DNA of 64,000 nucleotides from IMG/VR virus record IMGVR_UViG_3300045988_167691. One strand, given 5' to 3'. The position numbers and the translations under genes are program-made. The notes under the pieces are model-generated. The model searched no databases, was not told where the DNA came from, and saw only the letters and a list, made by a program, of their open reading frames with translations. This document shows, in pieces, positions 42,727-51,870 of the stretch. Within the stretch, counting starts at the first letter, position 1. Each line of letters starts with the position of its first letter. Source of the stretch: a virus.

Positions 42727-45700
42727 GATCCCCCCCAGTTCTTCTCAATGTAAGACATAGCAGCATCCATGATAGGATTCGAACTGAAAGATTTTTGTGT
42801 ATCTTCCTTTTCTTCCGAAGCTATCTGACGATCCACTTCTTCATTCATCGCTTCTCCACCATACATAGCTTGCTGTAATTGCATTTGCTTTTGAAGCTGG
42901 TAAGATTGATTCAGGATAGTATCCGTTTCGGGATTGAATTTACGTCCAGAGTATTTTTCAAAAATATCCTCTAAGCAAACCATACCGTTTTGAATCTTCT
43001 TAGCATCAATCTCAACCTGTCTGCCTTCATCCTCTGCGTCTACACCTGTAAAGACAAATTCAAAATCTTCGTCCAATTCTGATACAAGATAGTAATTGAT
43101 CACCTCTTGTAAGAACACAAGAATAGGTTTTAATCCTTTGTCTTTTGAATGTTGCAAACGCTCCTTTTGTCCAGCTTGTCCAAAGATATTTGTCTGATCT
43201 TTAAATTGGAAACCAAGTTCTGATGGATCAATACGATAGACGGCACAAGTCATAACAAGTAGGAATTTCACCCACTCGCTAAACTCCATGTCACGGTTGG
43301 TATTCTTACTTAAATCTAACCACTGGAGGTCTAACCCGTTGATAATGGGCGTTCTGTGGCTATTATGGGTAAGAATACCGTTGGCAATAAATTGATGCTC
43401 GTTGTCAAAAACTTCTACATCATACATTTCGACTTCTTCTTCCGTTTCCTCTAAAAATTTGATTTCCGAAAAATAAAAATCATTATATTCGTAAGGAAGA
43501 TCAAAATTCATTTTTTTAGCAACTTCAAGAAGTCCAGCTTGCGTTATCCCATCATGACCAATTCCTATACCAATTAATTTTCTCGAAAGATTTTTGTCTA
43601 TTTGGTCTTCTTCTTTGAAAACATTTCTTCTAAAAGACTCTACCCTCATCTCATTAGCAATCCTTTGCATCATTTTGGGGTGCAGAGAAAACGGTTCTTT
43701 GTAATCCAACAAAGACGATCTTTGTTTGTAAGGCTGAATAAAAGATATCCTTTCAAAGAAATCTTTTCTATTTTTAATCAAAAGAAGAAATCCGCCTTCA
43801 TGCGGTTCTTTATTTAGTTTTGTCTTTCTTCTTACGTTACCTTCCGAATAAGTGCATTGAATCCCTTCAGCTAACAATAATTCTCTAAATTGATGTCTTA
43901 ATCTATTGTTAACTATTGTTATTTGAGGGGAAGGTGAACTTTTAATAGTACATCCATCAGCAGAAAACATACCTCTTATAAAGGCACATCTGCATTCAGA
44001 AGAAATCCTAAACAATACTGGAGCTATTGTTTTGCCTTTACAACTTGGAGTAAAACCCAACTCCATCAAAAATTCAAAAAACTGTTTGTCGGAACACAAG
44101 ATAGAAAGTCTTTCTAAAAGAGTTGATTTAAACCCATACCTTCTTTTTGTATCTTCAGCCTTTTCTTCTGTTATCTTAGTTCTTTTTATATAATTATTTA
44201 TTCCATATTTGTTTAAAATTGAATGAATGTGTTCGCTTATATAAACTTCTTTAATACTATGAAAATAAAAAGAGATTCTCTTTCTACTTGGATTTCCATT
44301 ATCAATATGTCCGTCACCAATCAGCCACCCAAGCATCTCAAAGAAATCGGCTTCAAGTTCTTTTCCTTTATAATATAAAGTCAAAGTTTGAGGTAATGAT
44401 TTTTTGTTAGATAAAACATAATCTCCTAATTTAATATCTTTTCTCTCTTTCCATTCTATAACCCCATTATCAGACACAACCTTAAATCTATGCTCTGGAG
44501 AAGATTCAATATACATCCCATTAGCAACACCCAATTTGCATATTTTCTTCTTCTGCGTTTTCGTAACTCGAGCATCGACAAAAGATTTACCTGTCCATAT
44601 TTTTACATCCCTATACTCCAATCCATTCAATACGCCTTCCAAAGACACAAGTCCTTCGTTTTCTGTTACAATTTTAGTGCTTCCAACCAGACAATTACGA
44701 GTCCCCACCATAGTCTGTTGCCAAGCCTGTCTGAACTCATCCAAAGAAGATTGAGATATGTTCGGATTCTTAACATTTATGATTCCTTTTGGTTGAGAAG
44801 ATTTGCTAAAATAATTTCCGTTATATTCAAACCCCCACAAAATCCACATCATAACACTGGACAATGTTTCCAGTTCTGACGTGCCATACCCATTTTTATA
44901 GATGTTGGTGGATTTATTGCGGATACCGATGCCCAATTCCCAGGGATAAAAAATAACACTTTCATGCGTAACAGGATTTTCCATGATCTGTCCTTGCCAT
45001 GCCATACAATATTTTGGCAAATAACCTTTGAACCGGTACTGTTCAAATTCTTCCCGGAACTTTGGATCAATGCTATCAAGAAAACGTATCAAAGAAGCAT
45101 CCACAGCCCGGTAACGAGCCAAATTCCAAGACCTGTCTCTTACTATTTCAAAAGCAAGCTGATCAAGAGTAAGGCTATCAAACACAACCTTTCTCCCAAA
45201 GTCTTGGAATGTATCAAATGATTCCCATTTGTCATGGAAACCGCCTTCTTCCAAGAATTTACGAATATAGGCTATCTTTATCTGATCTTCTCTTGAATGT
45301 TCTGTACTTTGTTTCTCAAAAGGATTTCTTTTTCTTCGGATAGTGTAACCTTCTTTCTGTTCATCTGTTGAAAAATGCAAGAAATTCTGTACCTGTTCAA
45401 CACGGGTATTCACCACAGCCCGGACAACAAAAATGTCCCCCATCCTTCGAAGTACTTCAAAAGGAAGCGACCCGTAAAACATAGGGTCTTTATATCCTCT
45501 TCCCGTATCACTTGCTTCATCTGGATTAAAGAACACAGCCTTTACATTGTCCTGTCTTTGATTGACATTATCCAGGTACAAATTAGCTTTTAAAAGATTT
45601 TCCAAATCATCAGAACGAGACATCTGCTGTAATTTGGATTGAAGCAAAGTAGGAAGAGTTTTCTGCAATCCTACAATATCTTCCAAAGAAAGGCTGGCCA

Positions 45701-45758
45701 GACCCTTTAACAGGTCTGACTTTCCTTGATTTTTATTTTTGTCTCTTTTCCTACTCAC
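42723..45758 (-). CDS. portal protein interrupted by an intein (precursor 1011 aa; predicted spliced product 567 aa)
   Basis: It lies upstream of the MuF-like, protease, scaffold and capsid genes. The ORF is continuous, with an intein signature inserted after ...QQTMVGTRN. Confidence 0.65.
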   Translation of the reverse strand: MSRKRDKNKNQGKSDLLKGLASLSLEDIVGLQKTLPTLLQSKLQQMSRSDDLENLLKANLYLDNVNQRQDNVKAVFFNPDEASDTGRGYKDPMFYGSLPFEVLRRMGDIFVVRAVVNTRVEQVQNFLHFSTDEQKEGYTIRRKRNPFEKQSTEHSREDQIKIAYIRKFLEEGGFHDKWESFDTFQDFGRKVVFDSLTLDQLAFEIVRDRSWNLARYRAVDASLIRFLDSIDPKFREEFEQYRFKGYLPKYCMAWQGQIMENPVTHESVIFYPWELGIGIRNKSTNIYKNGYGTSELETLSSVMMWILWGFEYNGNYFSKSSQPKGIINVKNPNISQSSLDEFRQAWQQTMVGTRNCLVGSTKIVTENEGLVSLEGVLNGLEYRDVKIWTGKSFVDARVTKTQKKKICKLGVANGMYIESSPEHRFKVVSDNGVIEWKERKDIKLGDYVLSNKKSLPQTLTLYYKGKELEADFFEMLGWLIGDGHIDNGNPSRKRISFYFHSIKEVYISEHIHSILNKYGINNYIKRTKITEEKAEDTKRRYGFKSTLLERLSILCSDKQFFEFLMELGFTPSCKGKTIAPVLFRISSECRCAFIRGMFSADGCTIKSSPSPQITIVNNRLRHQFRELLLAEGIQCTYSEGNVRRKTKLNKEPHEGGFLLLIKNRKDFFERISFIQPYKQRSSLLDYKEPFSLHPKMMQRIANEMRVESFRRNVFKEEDQIDKNLSRKLIGIGIGHDGITQAGLLEVAKKMNFDLPYEYNDFYFSEIKFLEETEEEVEMYDVEVFDNEHQFIANGILTHNSHRTPIINGLDLQWLDLSKNTNRDMEFSEWVKFLLVMTCAVYRIDPSELGFQFKDQTNIFGQAGQKERLQHSKDKGLKPILVFLQEVINYYLVSELDEDFEFVFTGVDAEDEGRQVEIDAKKIQNGMVCLEDIFEKYSGRKFNPETDTILNQSYQLQKQMQLQQAMYGGEAMNEEVDRQIASEEKEDTQKSFSSNPIMDAAMSYIEKNWGGS
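43362..44693 (-). mobile_element. intein (444 aa) with a LAGLIDADG homing endonuclease domain
   Basis: It starts at Cys356 (CLVGSTKIVTENEG..., codon tgt at 44691..44693). It ends ...FIANGILTHN (Asn799, 43362..43364), followed by the +1 Ser. It has two LAGLIDADG-type motifs, LGWLIGDGHI and IRGMFSADGC. Confidence 0.8.
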
Positions 45759-45771
45759 GTCAATAAAAAAA

Positions 45772-47601
45772 TTAAGCAGAAGTGCCTGCTGCCTGTGATA
45801 GCGTAATTGTTATTTGCTTTGTTCCTTCCGATTGTTTTACAACTGCTGACCCTTCTCTTACTGTACCAGTATTGACCGCTGCTACAACGGAATATTCGGT
45901 TGTTCCTTTCGAAAAACCTGTACCGGAAACTGTCGTAGTATAATTCACAGCCACAGGACTACCACTATTCTTTCCATTTACCGTCTTTTGTTTTGTAGAA
46001 GAAATAGAAAGAGTTTTTGTTTCACCCGTAGCAACAAATTCCACTCTTGAAGGGTTTGAAGTCAAATTATAAGTATAAGCAACGGTTGCTTTAGGCTGAC
46101 TTAAATTAATCGTAATTGATTTTGCGCCCGACCCTTCTTGTGTCACAACAAGAGTTCCTGTTCTTCCGGTAGTCTCATTTGTATTTTCAGTGGCGGAAAC
46201 AGTATAATTTGCTCCCGATTGAGTTTTCAAAGAGAAACCCGTACCGGTTACCTTTCCTGTAGTATTTACGGTAGTTGGAGAACCACTGTTCTTACCGTTC
46301 AGCTTCTTTTGTCTGGTAGAAGTGATTGTGACCACTTGATCACCTGCCGTTGCAGCAAAAGTAAGAGTTGTCTTATTGGCTGTGATCGTATTTTCATAAG
46401 TAATAACAGATGCAGCTTGACTTAAAGAAATGGTTGCTGTTTTTCCACTCTCATTCTGAATGATTGTAGCTGTACCAGTTCTTTGCTTGTCAGTAGGATT
46501 CTCTGTAGCAGAAATTTGACTTATTCCCGCATTACCCGAAAAACCTGTACCGGAAACTGTCGTAGTATAATTCACAGCCACAGGACTACCACTATTCTTT
46601 CCATTTACCGTCTTTTGTTTTGTAGAAGAAATAGAAAGAGTTTTTGTTTCACCCGTAGCAACAAATTCCACTCTTGAAGGGTTTGAAGTCAAATTATAAG
46701 TATAAGCAACGGTTGCTTTAGGCTGACTTAAATTAATCGTAATTGATTTTGCGCCCGACCCTTCTTGTGTCACAACAAGAGTTCCTGTTCTTCCGGTAGT
46801 CTCATTTGTATTTTCAGTGGCGGAAACAGTATAATTTGCTCCCGATTGAGTTTTCAAAGAGAAACCCGTACCGGTTACCTTTCCTGTAGTATTTACGGTA
46901 GTTGGAGAACCACTGTTCTTACCGTTCAGCTTCTTTTGTCTGGTAGAAGTGATTGTGACCACTTGATCACCTGCCGTTGCAGCAAAAGTAAGAGTTGTCT
47001 TATTGGCTGTGATCGTATTTTCATAAGTAATAACAGATGCAGCTTGACTTAAAGAAATGGTTGCTGTTTTTCCACTCTCATTCTGAATGATTGTAGCTGT
47101 ACCAGTTCTTTGCTTGTCAGTAGGATTCTCTGTAGCAGAAATTTGACTTATTCCCGCATTACCCGAAAAACCTGTACCGGAAATTTTAATCTGAATAGCA
47201 ACGGCTATGGGTTTCCCGTAAGGCGCACCGTCCCGATATTCCTGCTTGCTGGAAGTAACAACAAAATTCTTGCTTTCACCCGTATTAACGAAAGAAAGAG
47301 ATTTTGTCTGCAATGTAAACGTATATTCCGTTCTATCAAGAACGTTTACATAATTGATCTTTTCTTCTTCCAGTCCTTCGGGATAGCCGATAAGACCCAA
47401 TTCATTAGCAAGACACCATTCTATAAACTTACCGATATTATAGGTAATACCAGCTTTTATTACAATCCCTAAAGATTTGTAATAGTCTACATCACCTACC
47501 GTATTTTCAGTTACAAAAACATTCATCTGACTGTCTACACCATCTGTTATGACAGTCATTTGCTTGCTTAAATCTTTTGTTGTAAATAAAAGCCTAAGCA
47601 T
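45772..47601 (-). CDS. repeat-domain surface protein (Ig/BACON-like repeats); head fibre or decoration candidate
   Basis: 609 aa. After a ~120-aa N-terminal domain there are repeated ~105-aa units ending ...RTGTATIIQNESGKTATISLSQ / ...RTGTLVVTQEGSGAKSITINLSQ, resembling BACON/Ig-like modules. The N-terminus is paralogous to the next gene. Confidence 0.45.
   Translation of the reverse strand: MLRLLFTTKDLSKQMTVITDGVDSQMNVFVTENTVGDVDYYKSLGIVIKAGITYNIGKFIEWCLANELGLIGYPEGLEEEKINYVNVLDRTEYTFTLQTKSLSFVNTGESKNFVVTSSKQEYRDGAPYGKPIAVAIQIKISGTGFSGNAGISQISATENPTDKQRTGTATIIQNESGKTATISLSQAASVITYENTITANKTTLTFAATAGDQVVTITSTRQKKLNGKNSGSPTTVNTTGKVTGTGFSLKTQSGANYTVSATENTNETTGRTGTLVVTQEGSGAKSITINLSQPKATVAYTYNLTSNPSRVEFVATGETKTLSISSTKQKTVNGKNSGSPVAVNYTTTVSGTGFSGNAGISQISATENPTDKQRTGTATIIQNESGKTATISLSQAASVITYENTITANKTTLTFAATAGDQVVTITSTRQKKLNGKNSGSPTTVNTTGKVTGTGFSLKTQSGANYTVSATENTNETTGRTGTLVVTQEGSGAKSITINLSQPKATVAYTYNLTSNPSRVEFVATGETKTLSISSTKQKTVNGKNSGSPVAVNYTTTVSGTGFSKGTTEYSVVAAVNTGTVREGSAVVKQSEGTKQITITLSQAAGTSA
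45911..47183. repeat. perfect tandem duplication, 2 x 627 bp (+19 bp)
   Basis: 45911.. equals 46538.. equals 47165.., an offset of 627. Identical antisense ORFs at 46138 and 46765 and an exact 209-aa protein repeat confirm the identity. Confidence 0.9.
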
Positions 47602-47603
47602 AG

Positions 47604-48191
47604 TTACTTACTGTTTTTAGCCACAACTTCAAATTTCTGCACTCCGGCATCTGCCATTACGACAAGGTTTAAATCTTCCTTAGCATCCAATCCTAAGTCT
47701 GCCAAAGTAAATTCCATAGGAGTGCGACCATTTACTTTTGATGTAAGCACTTTTCTATCACCTCTAATAACACCATATCTTCCTATAGAGTTATTGAGTT
47801 TTACTGAATTGAGGAAATAAATTTCAATTTCCTTTTCTGCCGGAACAGTAATGTAAACAGACAGCACACAAGCATTCTCATCGTTCCATTCTGCATTCAC
47901 AGCGACAACCTCATTTAGTCCTTGCGGTTCGATTGTAAGAGTAAGCGCGTTGTTTTCTGCAAACGCAACCAACTCTTCATGTTGAACACTTTCCCCCACA
48001 TTCCATTTCCAACCCAAAGCAAGAAAAGCATCGCTTCCTGCTTTTTCATCAGCAGAAGGATTGACAGAACCAGCAGGAACAACACCTCTTGGAGATTCAG
48101 TGATAAAAACTCTTTTTTGTTCACAAGAACCATCTGTAACGACAACTACGTCAATTTTCTTGTCTGTATCGATAAATCTATATAAACGCAT
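47604..48191 (-). CDS. hypothetical protein, N-terminal paralogue of the 609-aa repeat protein
   Basis: MRLYRFIDTDKKIDVVVVTDGSCEQKRVFITESP compared with MLRLLFTTKDLSKQMTVITDGVDSQMNVFVTENT. Confidence 0.45.
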   Translation of the reverse strand: MRLYRFIDTDKKIDVVVVTDGSCEQKRVFITESPRGVVPAGSVNPSADEKAGSDAFLALGWKWNVGESVQHEELVAFAENNALTLTIEPQGLNEVVAVNAEWNDENACVLSVYITVPAEKEIEIYFLNSVKLNNSIGRYGVIRGDRKVLTSKVNGRTPMEFTLADLGLDAKEDLNLVVMADAGVQKFEVVAKNSK

Positions 48192-48216
48192 ATCTCAAAA
48201 ATTTAAAATTACCTAT

Positions 48217-48720
48217 CTAAATAGAAGGACGGTTGTCGCTCTTGTCCTTCATTTTTAAAAATCCATTTTCGTCAAAGTCCCTTAAATATTTCCTGATCCA
48301 TGAAGGGACAAGGTTAGGACTGATCTTTCCTGCATTCTCAACAATGGAAACAGATTCCCTGACGATAAGAGCCGTGCTCATCAAAGACCGAAACCAAGTA
48401 AAAGTAGTGGTGATTTGTCCATCTATCGTATACCCACCCAAAACATGAGCTACAATAAGCAAACAACTATACACAAAAAGTTTTGTCATAATCATTGCAA
48501 ACCCTTTAGAGGAAAAATCCTTCTTCCTTAGATGAAACACCCAGCTTACAAGAGTGTCAATCACAATAAGTACGACAAGAAACTTTAAAAACTCCCAGTC
48601 CCTAAATATATATTTTTCTATCCAATCCACAATAGGAGATAAAGGTATAGCGACAAGTAATGGATAACAGAAGCTACCCAAGTAAGCCTTTATATAATGT
48701 ATTCTCTGTTTTCTTTCCAT
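48217..48720 (-). CDS. holin (Phage_holin_4_1-like)
   Basis: It has multiple TM helices and the motif ALIVRESVSIVENAGKISPNLVP, cf. the family motif ..NE.iSIlEN....G. The start is set at MERKQRIHY (48720), because the maximal ORF (to 48819) overlaps the upstream gene. Confidence 0.6.
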   Translation of the reverse strand: MERKQRIHYIKAYLGSFCYPLLVAIPLSPIVDWIEKYIFRDWEFLKFLVVLIVIDTLVSWVFHLRKKDFSSKGFAMIMTKLFVYSCLLIVAHVLGGYTIDGQITTTFTWFRSLMSTALIVRESVSIVENAGKISPNLVPSWIRKYLRDFDENGFLKMKDKSDNRPSI

Positions 48721-48733
48721 TACTTCACAAGGC

Positions 48734-49165
48734 TTAGTCTTCTTTCTTGTCGGATTTTTCGGAATCTTCTTTTGCTTTCTTCTTATATTCGGTATCTTTC
48801 TTGTAGGGCATACCCACAATACCTTTTCTTCTGTTTTCGGGGGTATCTTTGTAAAAACCGATCTTGTTCTTTACGGGAAGTCCGGTTGCCCCGGCTTTTT
48901 CAATTGTTTCTGGGTCTGCGTCCTTCCATTCAATCTGTGGGTCACGATAATATACAACAGATTTGTTGAAGTTTTCGTCAACCACAACAACACGGTTTAG
49001 GGACACGAAGTCAATAGCTCCATGTTCCTGTTCAATAGGGTCAATACTTTTAACTACATCAGAAGCAAAGTCTCTGACTTGCTCCAATGAATAAACCTCC
49101 CAGTTATTCTTTTCTGCAAGGTCTTTAAATTCATTTATAGGATATTCTCTAATCATTTTGTGCAC
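48734..49165 (-). CDS. hypothetical protein
   Basis: 143-aa ORF. Confidence 0.45.
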   Translation of the reverse strand: MHKMIREYPINEFKDLAEKNNWEVYSLEQVRDFASDVVKSIDPIEQEHGAIDFVSLNRVVVVDENFNKSVVYYRDPQIEWKDADPETIEKAGATGLPVKNKIGFYKDTPENRRKGIVGMPYKKDTEYKKKAKEDSEKSDKKED

Positions 49166-49229
49166 AATTTAATTAGGTGAAATTCAACACACAAATGTAA
49201 CTAAAATTTCCTATATCGAACAATTTTCA

Positions 49230-49723
49230 AAAATAAAAAACTCTTAGCAAGCACTTTCCTTGTTGGGGTGGCAACCGTACTAATACTTGCTAAGAGTGCC
49301 GTTCTCGCTCCACCCAGCGATCGAAGGTAACGGCTTAGCCTTTTAAGGTAGGAAGAAATTAAACTGAATTTTTTGATTGTTCCTATGCGCGAAGAGCAAT
49401 GTTACTTCAAAAGAAGCCTTTCTCACGGGAAACCAATTATCCCACGACATCCTATAGGAAGCCTTAATGCCAGTGTTGCAGGACTTATCGTATCGGTTTA
49501 TACTTCTATAGGGGAGCCGGCATCCTCAAACTCCGTTGGTCGCTCCAATCATTCAATCTAACACTTCCAAAGTGGGGATTTAATGTTGTTCCCCTCAACA
49601 TCACATAGCCTTCAAGAAAAGAAGGGAAGCTACCGCGAATCACCTCCAATCTTCAACTTTTTAGCTATCTCATCTCGACTGCAAATATACAACTATTGTA
49701 TTCAACAATTGAAATTTTTGCAG
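49230..49723 (-). ncRNA. candidate structured non-coding RNA (class unknown)
   Basis: This is ~490 nt without a credible ORF, lying between two minus-strand genes. It is visibly more GC-rich than its flanks and contains many helices. A terminal 11-bp hairpin (49241..49251 / 49286..49296) is followed on the minus strand by TTTTTTATTTTT. Confidence 0.3.
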
Positions 49724-49954
49724 TTAAAAGTTGTTAATGTCAATGCCACATGCAGCAGCAATCAATAGAGACACCTCCTGTTCCTCTATTGACATCTGCC
49801 GGATAGTGGTAAAATATCTTTCTGAATCATGTTGATAGCTGTCAAGAACAGCTTCTTTTTGATCATTTGTAACTCCGTAAAAAGACAGTACATTTTTCTT
49901 TTCTTCTTCCGTTAGATTCTTTCTGTCTTTGATGTATAATGTTTTCTTTTTCAT
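49724..49954 (-). CDS. hypothetical small protein
   Basis: 76-aa ORF. Confidence 0.4.
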   Translation of the reverse strand: MKKKTLYIKDRKNLTEEEKKNVLSFYGVTNDQKEAVLDSYQHDSERYFTTIRQMSIEEQEVSLLIAAACGIDINNF

Positions 49955-50000
49955 TATTTTCTGTGTGTTTTCTTATTCTTGTTTTTCTTTCTCCGTTTAG

Positions 50001-50465
50001 CTATGTTCTTTTTGTTGCATCCTTTTTAGTAGAAGAACAGAAATATAAACTATCGCTAAATAGAAGTTCATCCAACATATCTTCGTTGATATCATTTTCA
50101 TCTGAAAAATCGTCCTCATCTTCTTCATCCATTTCTTTACAAATTCTTTCATAAGGTACACGCCCACAAAATCCACGTTTTTGTTTATTTTGCTTTTCAC
50201 AAACAAAATATTCATCTATGTCAATTCCTGCCGCGCATAAATCCATCAAATATTCTTCTATTTCCTTAATAGAACCTCCCCCTACAATCATCCAATAAAA
50301 TTCATTAGGATCATTTATAAAATTTTCCTTCAAGGCTGGAAAATAAAAAGAACCACCATGTTTTCCGACACCTCTTTTGGACACTGTCTTTTCAAGAAAT
50401 TCAAGTTTATACTTTGCAGCTTCCTTAATGCTTTCAAAAGTGTGAATAGTTCCGTCAAACTTCAA
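50001..50465 (-). CDS. hypothetical protein
   Basis: 154-aa ORF. Confidence 0.45.
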   Translation of the reverse strand: MKFDGTIHTFESIKEAAKYKLEFLEKTVSKRGVGKHGGSFYFPALKENFINDPNEFYWMIVGGGSIKEIEEYLMDLCAAGIDIDEYFVCEKQNKQKRGFCGRVPYERICKEMDEEDEDDFSDENDINEDMLDELLFSDSLYFCSSTKKDATKRT

Positions 50466-50483
50466 TTAAAATCTTTTCCATGA

Positions 50484-51755
50484 TTAAGCCACCTCCGATG
50501 CTTTAGATTTCTTTAAAATATTTCTTTGATAGTTACCATACTTAACAGCACAAGAAAGACCTATAGGAGACTTTTCGCAAGATTCTATTCCATAAAAAGC
50601 CCACTTCTTTCGCGATTCCTTTTTCCTTGCATCAGATTTTTCTTTATCTGCGGCACGTTTCTTTTTCCAATATTCAGAAGCCTTGGGGAAAGGAACAAAT
50701 TTCTTCTTTATTTTAGATTTCCCAAAAATAAGATCATGAAGCCATTTTATCATAGTTTTTCGCCTTTCCTTCCCTTTTGCAAATTTCGTAAAATAAAGGC
50801 GTTCTTTCTTTATGTATTTCCCCAAAAAGATTACCCTATCATATTCCTTGTTACCCTCATTTGAAGAACTTTCTTTGTAAACCTTATTCTTTTTCTTTTT
50901 ACGGGACATTTTACGTAGTGCCTTACAATCTTCATCAGTATATTCTTTTCTTAACACAGAACGTCCGGCATTATGTGAAAGCAAACGAACCTTTCTTGAA
51001 ATAATAGTATCCCACTCTCTAAAAGGAGGAATATTTATCTGAAAATTCCAACTTCTTGGGTCTTTTCTTGCAAGTTTTTCTTCTTTAGTTGGTGCTCTAA
51101 AAAAGTCTTCCCCAAAATAATAGGTGAGTTTTTTTAAGCTATAACGAACCTGATCAACAGTCCAGCTTAAATCATAAGCTATTGTTGCCTGAGAAAGATA
51201 TAAGCAAGACTTCCATTTGATAGAAGGATCTTTTGTATAAGCCTGTTCCCAAACAAAGTCCATGATTACCCTTTCGTTTTCCAAATAAGTAAGCAAAACA
51301 CGCTCATTAAATCCAAGTCTCAGATCGCTATCTGCTAAATTTTGAGTAAGCTCAAAAGATTTAATAGGAGCAAGAAGACGCGGTGCAAGGTTACCCATTT
51401 TGCGATAATGAGATCGATTAACTACTTCAAAAAACCATAATTTTACGCCATCTTCCTTTACAGAAACAATCTCTATAAAAGCCAGCTTCTCTTTTAAAAG
51501 TCTCACAGCGGTTTTCCTGGAAACATTCCCTAATGCTTCACGAGCAAAATTTAGAAGGGCTTCCTTTGAAGAGAAACGCAATTTTTCCAAATTGTGATGA
51601 TTTTCTTCGCTACGGAAAGTTTTTACTTTAGCGTTAATGCTGTCATTGTCATAGCCTTTCTTTTTTAAAGAAGCTATATAAAATGTTTTTCTTTTTTCAA
51701 AAGCGGCTCTTTCTAAATCTGACCGCAATTGATATGAGGACATGTCTATCCGCAT
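50484..51755 (-). CDS. hypothetical protein, Lys/Arg-rich (possible DNA-binding or replication-initiation role)
   Basis: 423-aa ORF next to a 1-kb ORF-free region. No motif recognised. Confidence 0.45.
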   Translation of the reverse strand: MRIDMSSYQLRSDLERAAFEKRKTFYIASLKKKGYDNDSINAKVKTFRSEENHHNLEKLRFSSKEALLNFAREALGNVSRKTAVRLLKEKLAFIEIVSVKEDGVKLWFFEVVNRSHYRKMGNLAPRLLAPIKSFELTQNLADSDLRLGFNERVLLTYLENERVIMDFVWEQAYTKDPSIKWKSCLYLSQATIAYDLSWTVDQVRYSLKKLTYYFGEDFFRAPTKEEKLARKDPRSWNFQINIPPFREWDTIISRKVRLLSHNAGRSVLRKEYTDEDCKALRKMSRKKKKNKVYKESSSNEGNKEYDRVIFLGKYIKKERLYFTKFAKGKERRKTMIKWLHDLIFGKSKIKKKFVPFPKASEYWKKKRAADKEKSDARKKESRKKWAFYGIESCEKSPIGLSCAVKYGNYQRNILKKSKASEVA

Positions 51756-51846
51756 AGAAATATTATTTTGAAATTAAACTTTCGAAATAGAACATTATGT
51801 TCCGTATGACGCACAAAAATAACAAATAAAATTAAAGACACAAAAA

Positions 51847-51870
51847 AAAGCACGTTAAAAAACGTGCTTT
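51847..51870. terminator. bidirectional hairpin terminator
   Basis: aaagcacgtt-aaaa-aacgtgcttt, a 10-bp stem with an A-run before it and a T-rich tail after it. Confidence 0.55.

Noticed and set aside
49170-49723. A group I intron or tmRNA interpretation of the structured region
   Set aside because: The flanking ORFs (76 aa and 143 aa) do not look like exons of one conserved gene. No tRNA-like acceptor/T-arm or tag-peptide reading frame is visible. The class is left unassigned.
49373-49768. Two plus-strand ORFs of 61-62 aa in the 49.2-49.7 kb gap
   Set aside because: They lie on the opposite strand to all the surrounding genes, have no promoter-like sequence and overlap the predicted RNA helices. 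The region is treated as non-coding.
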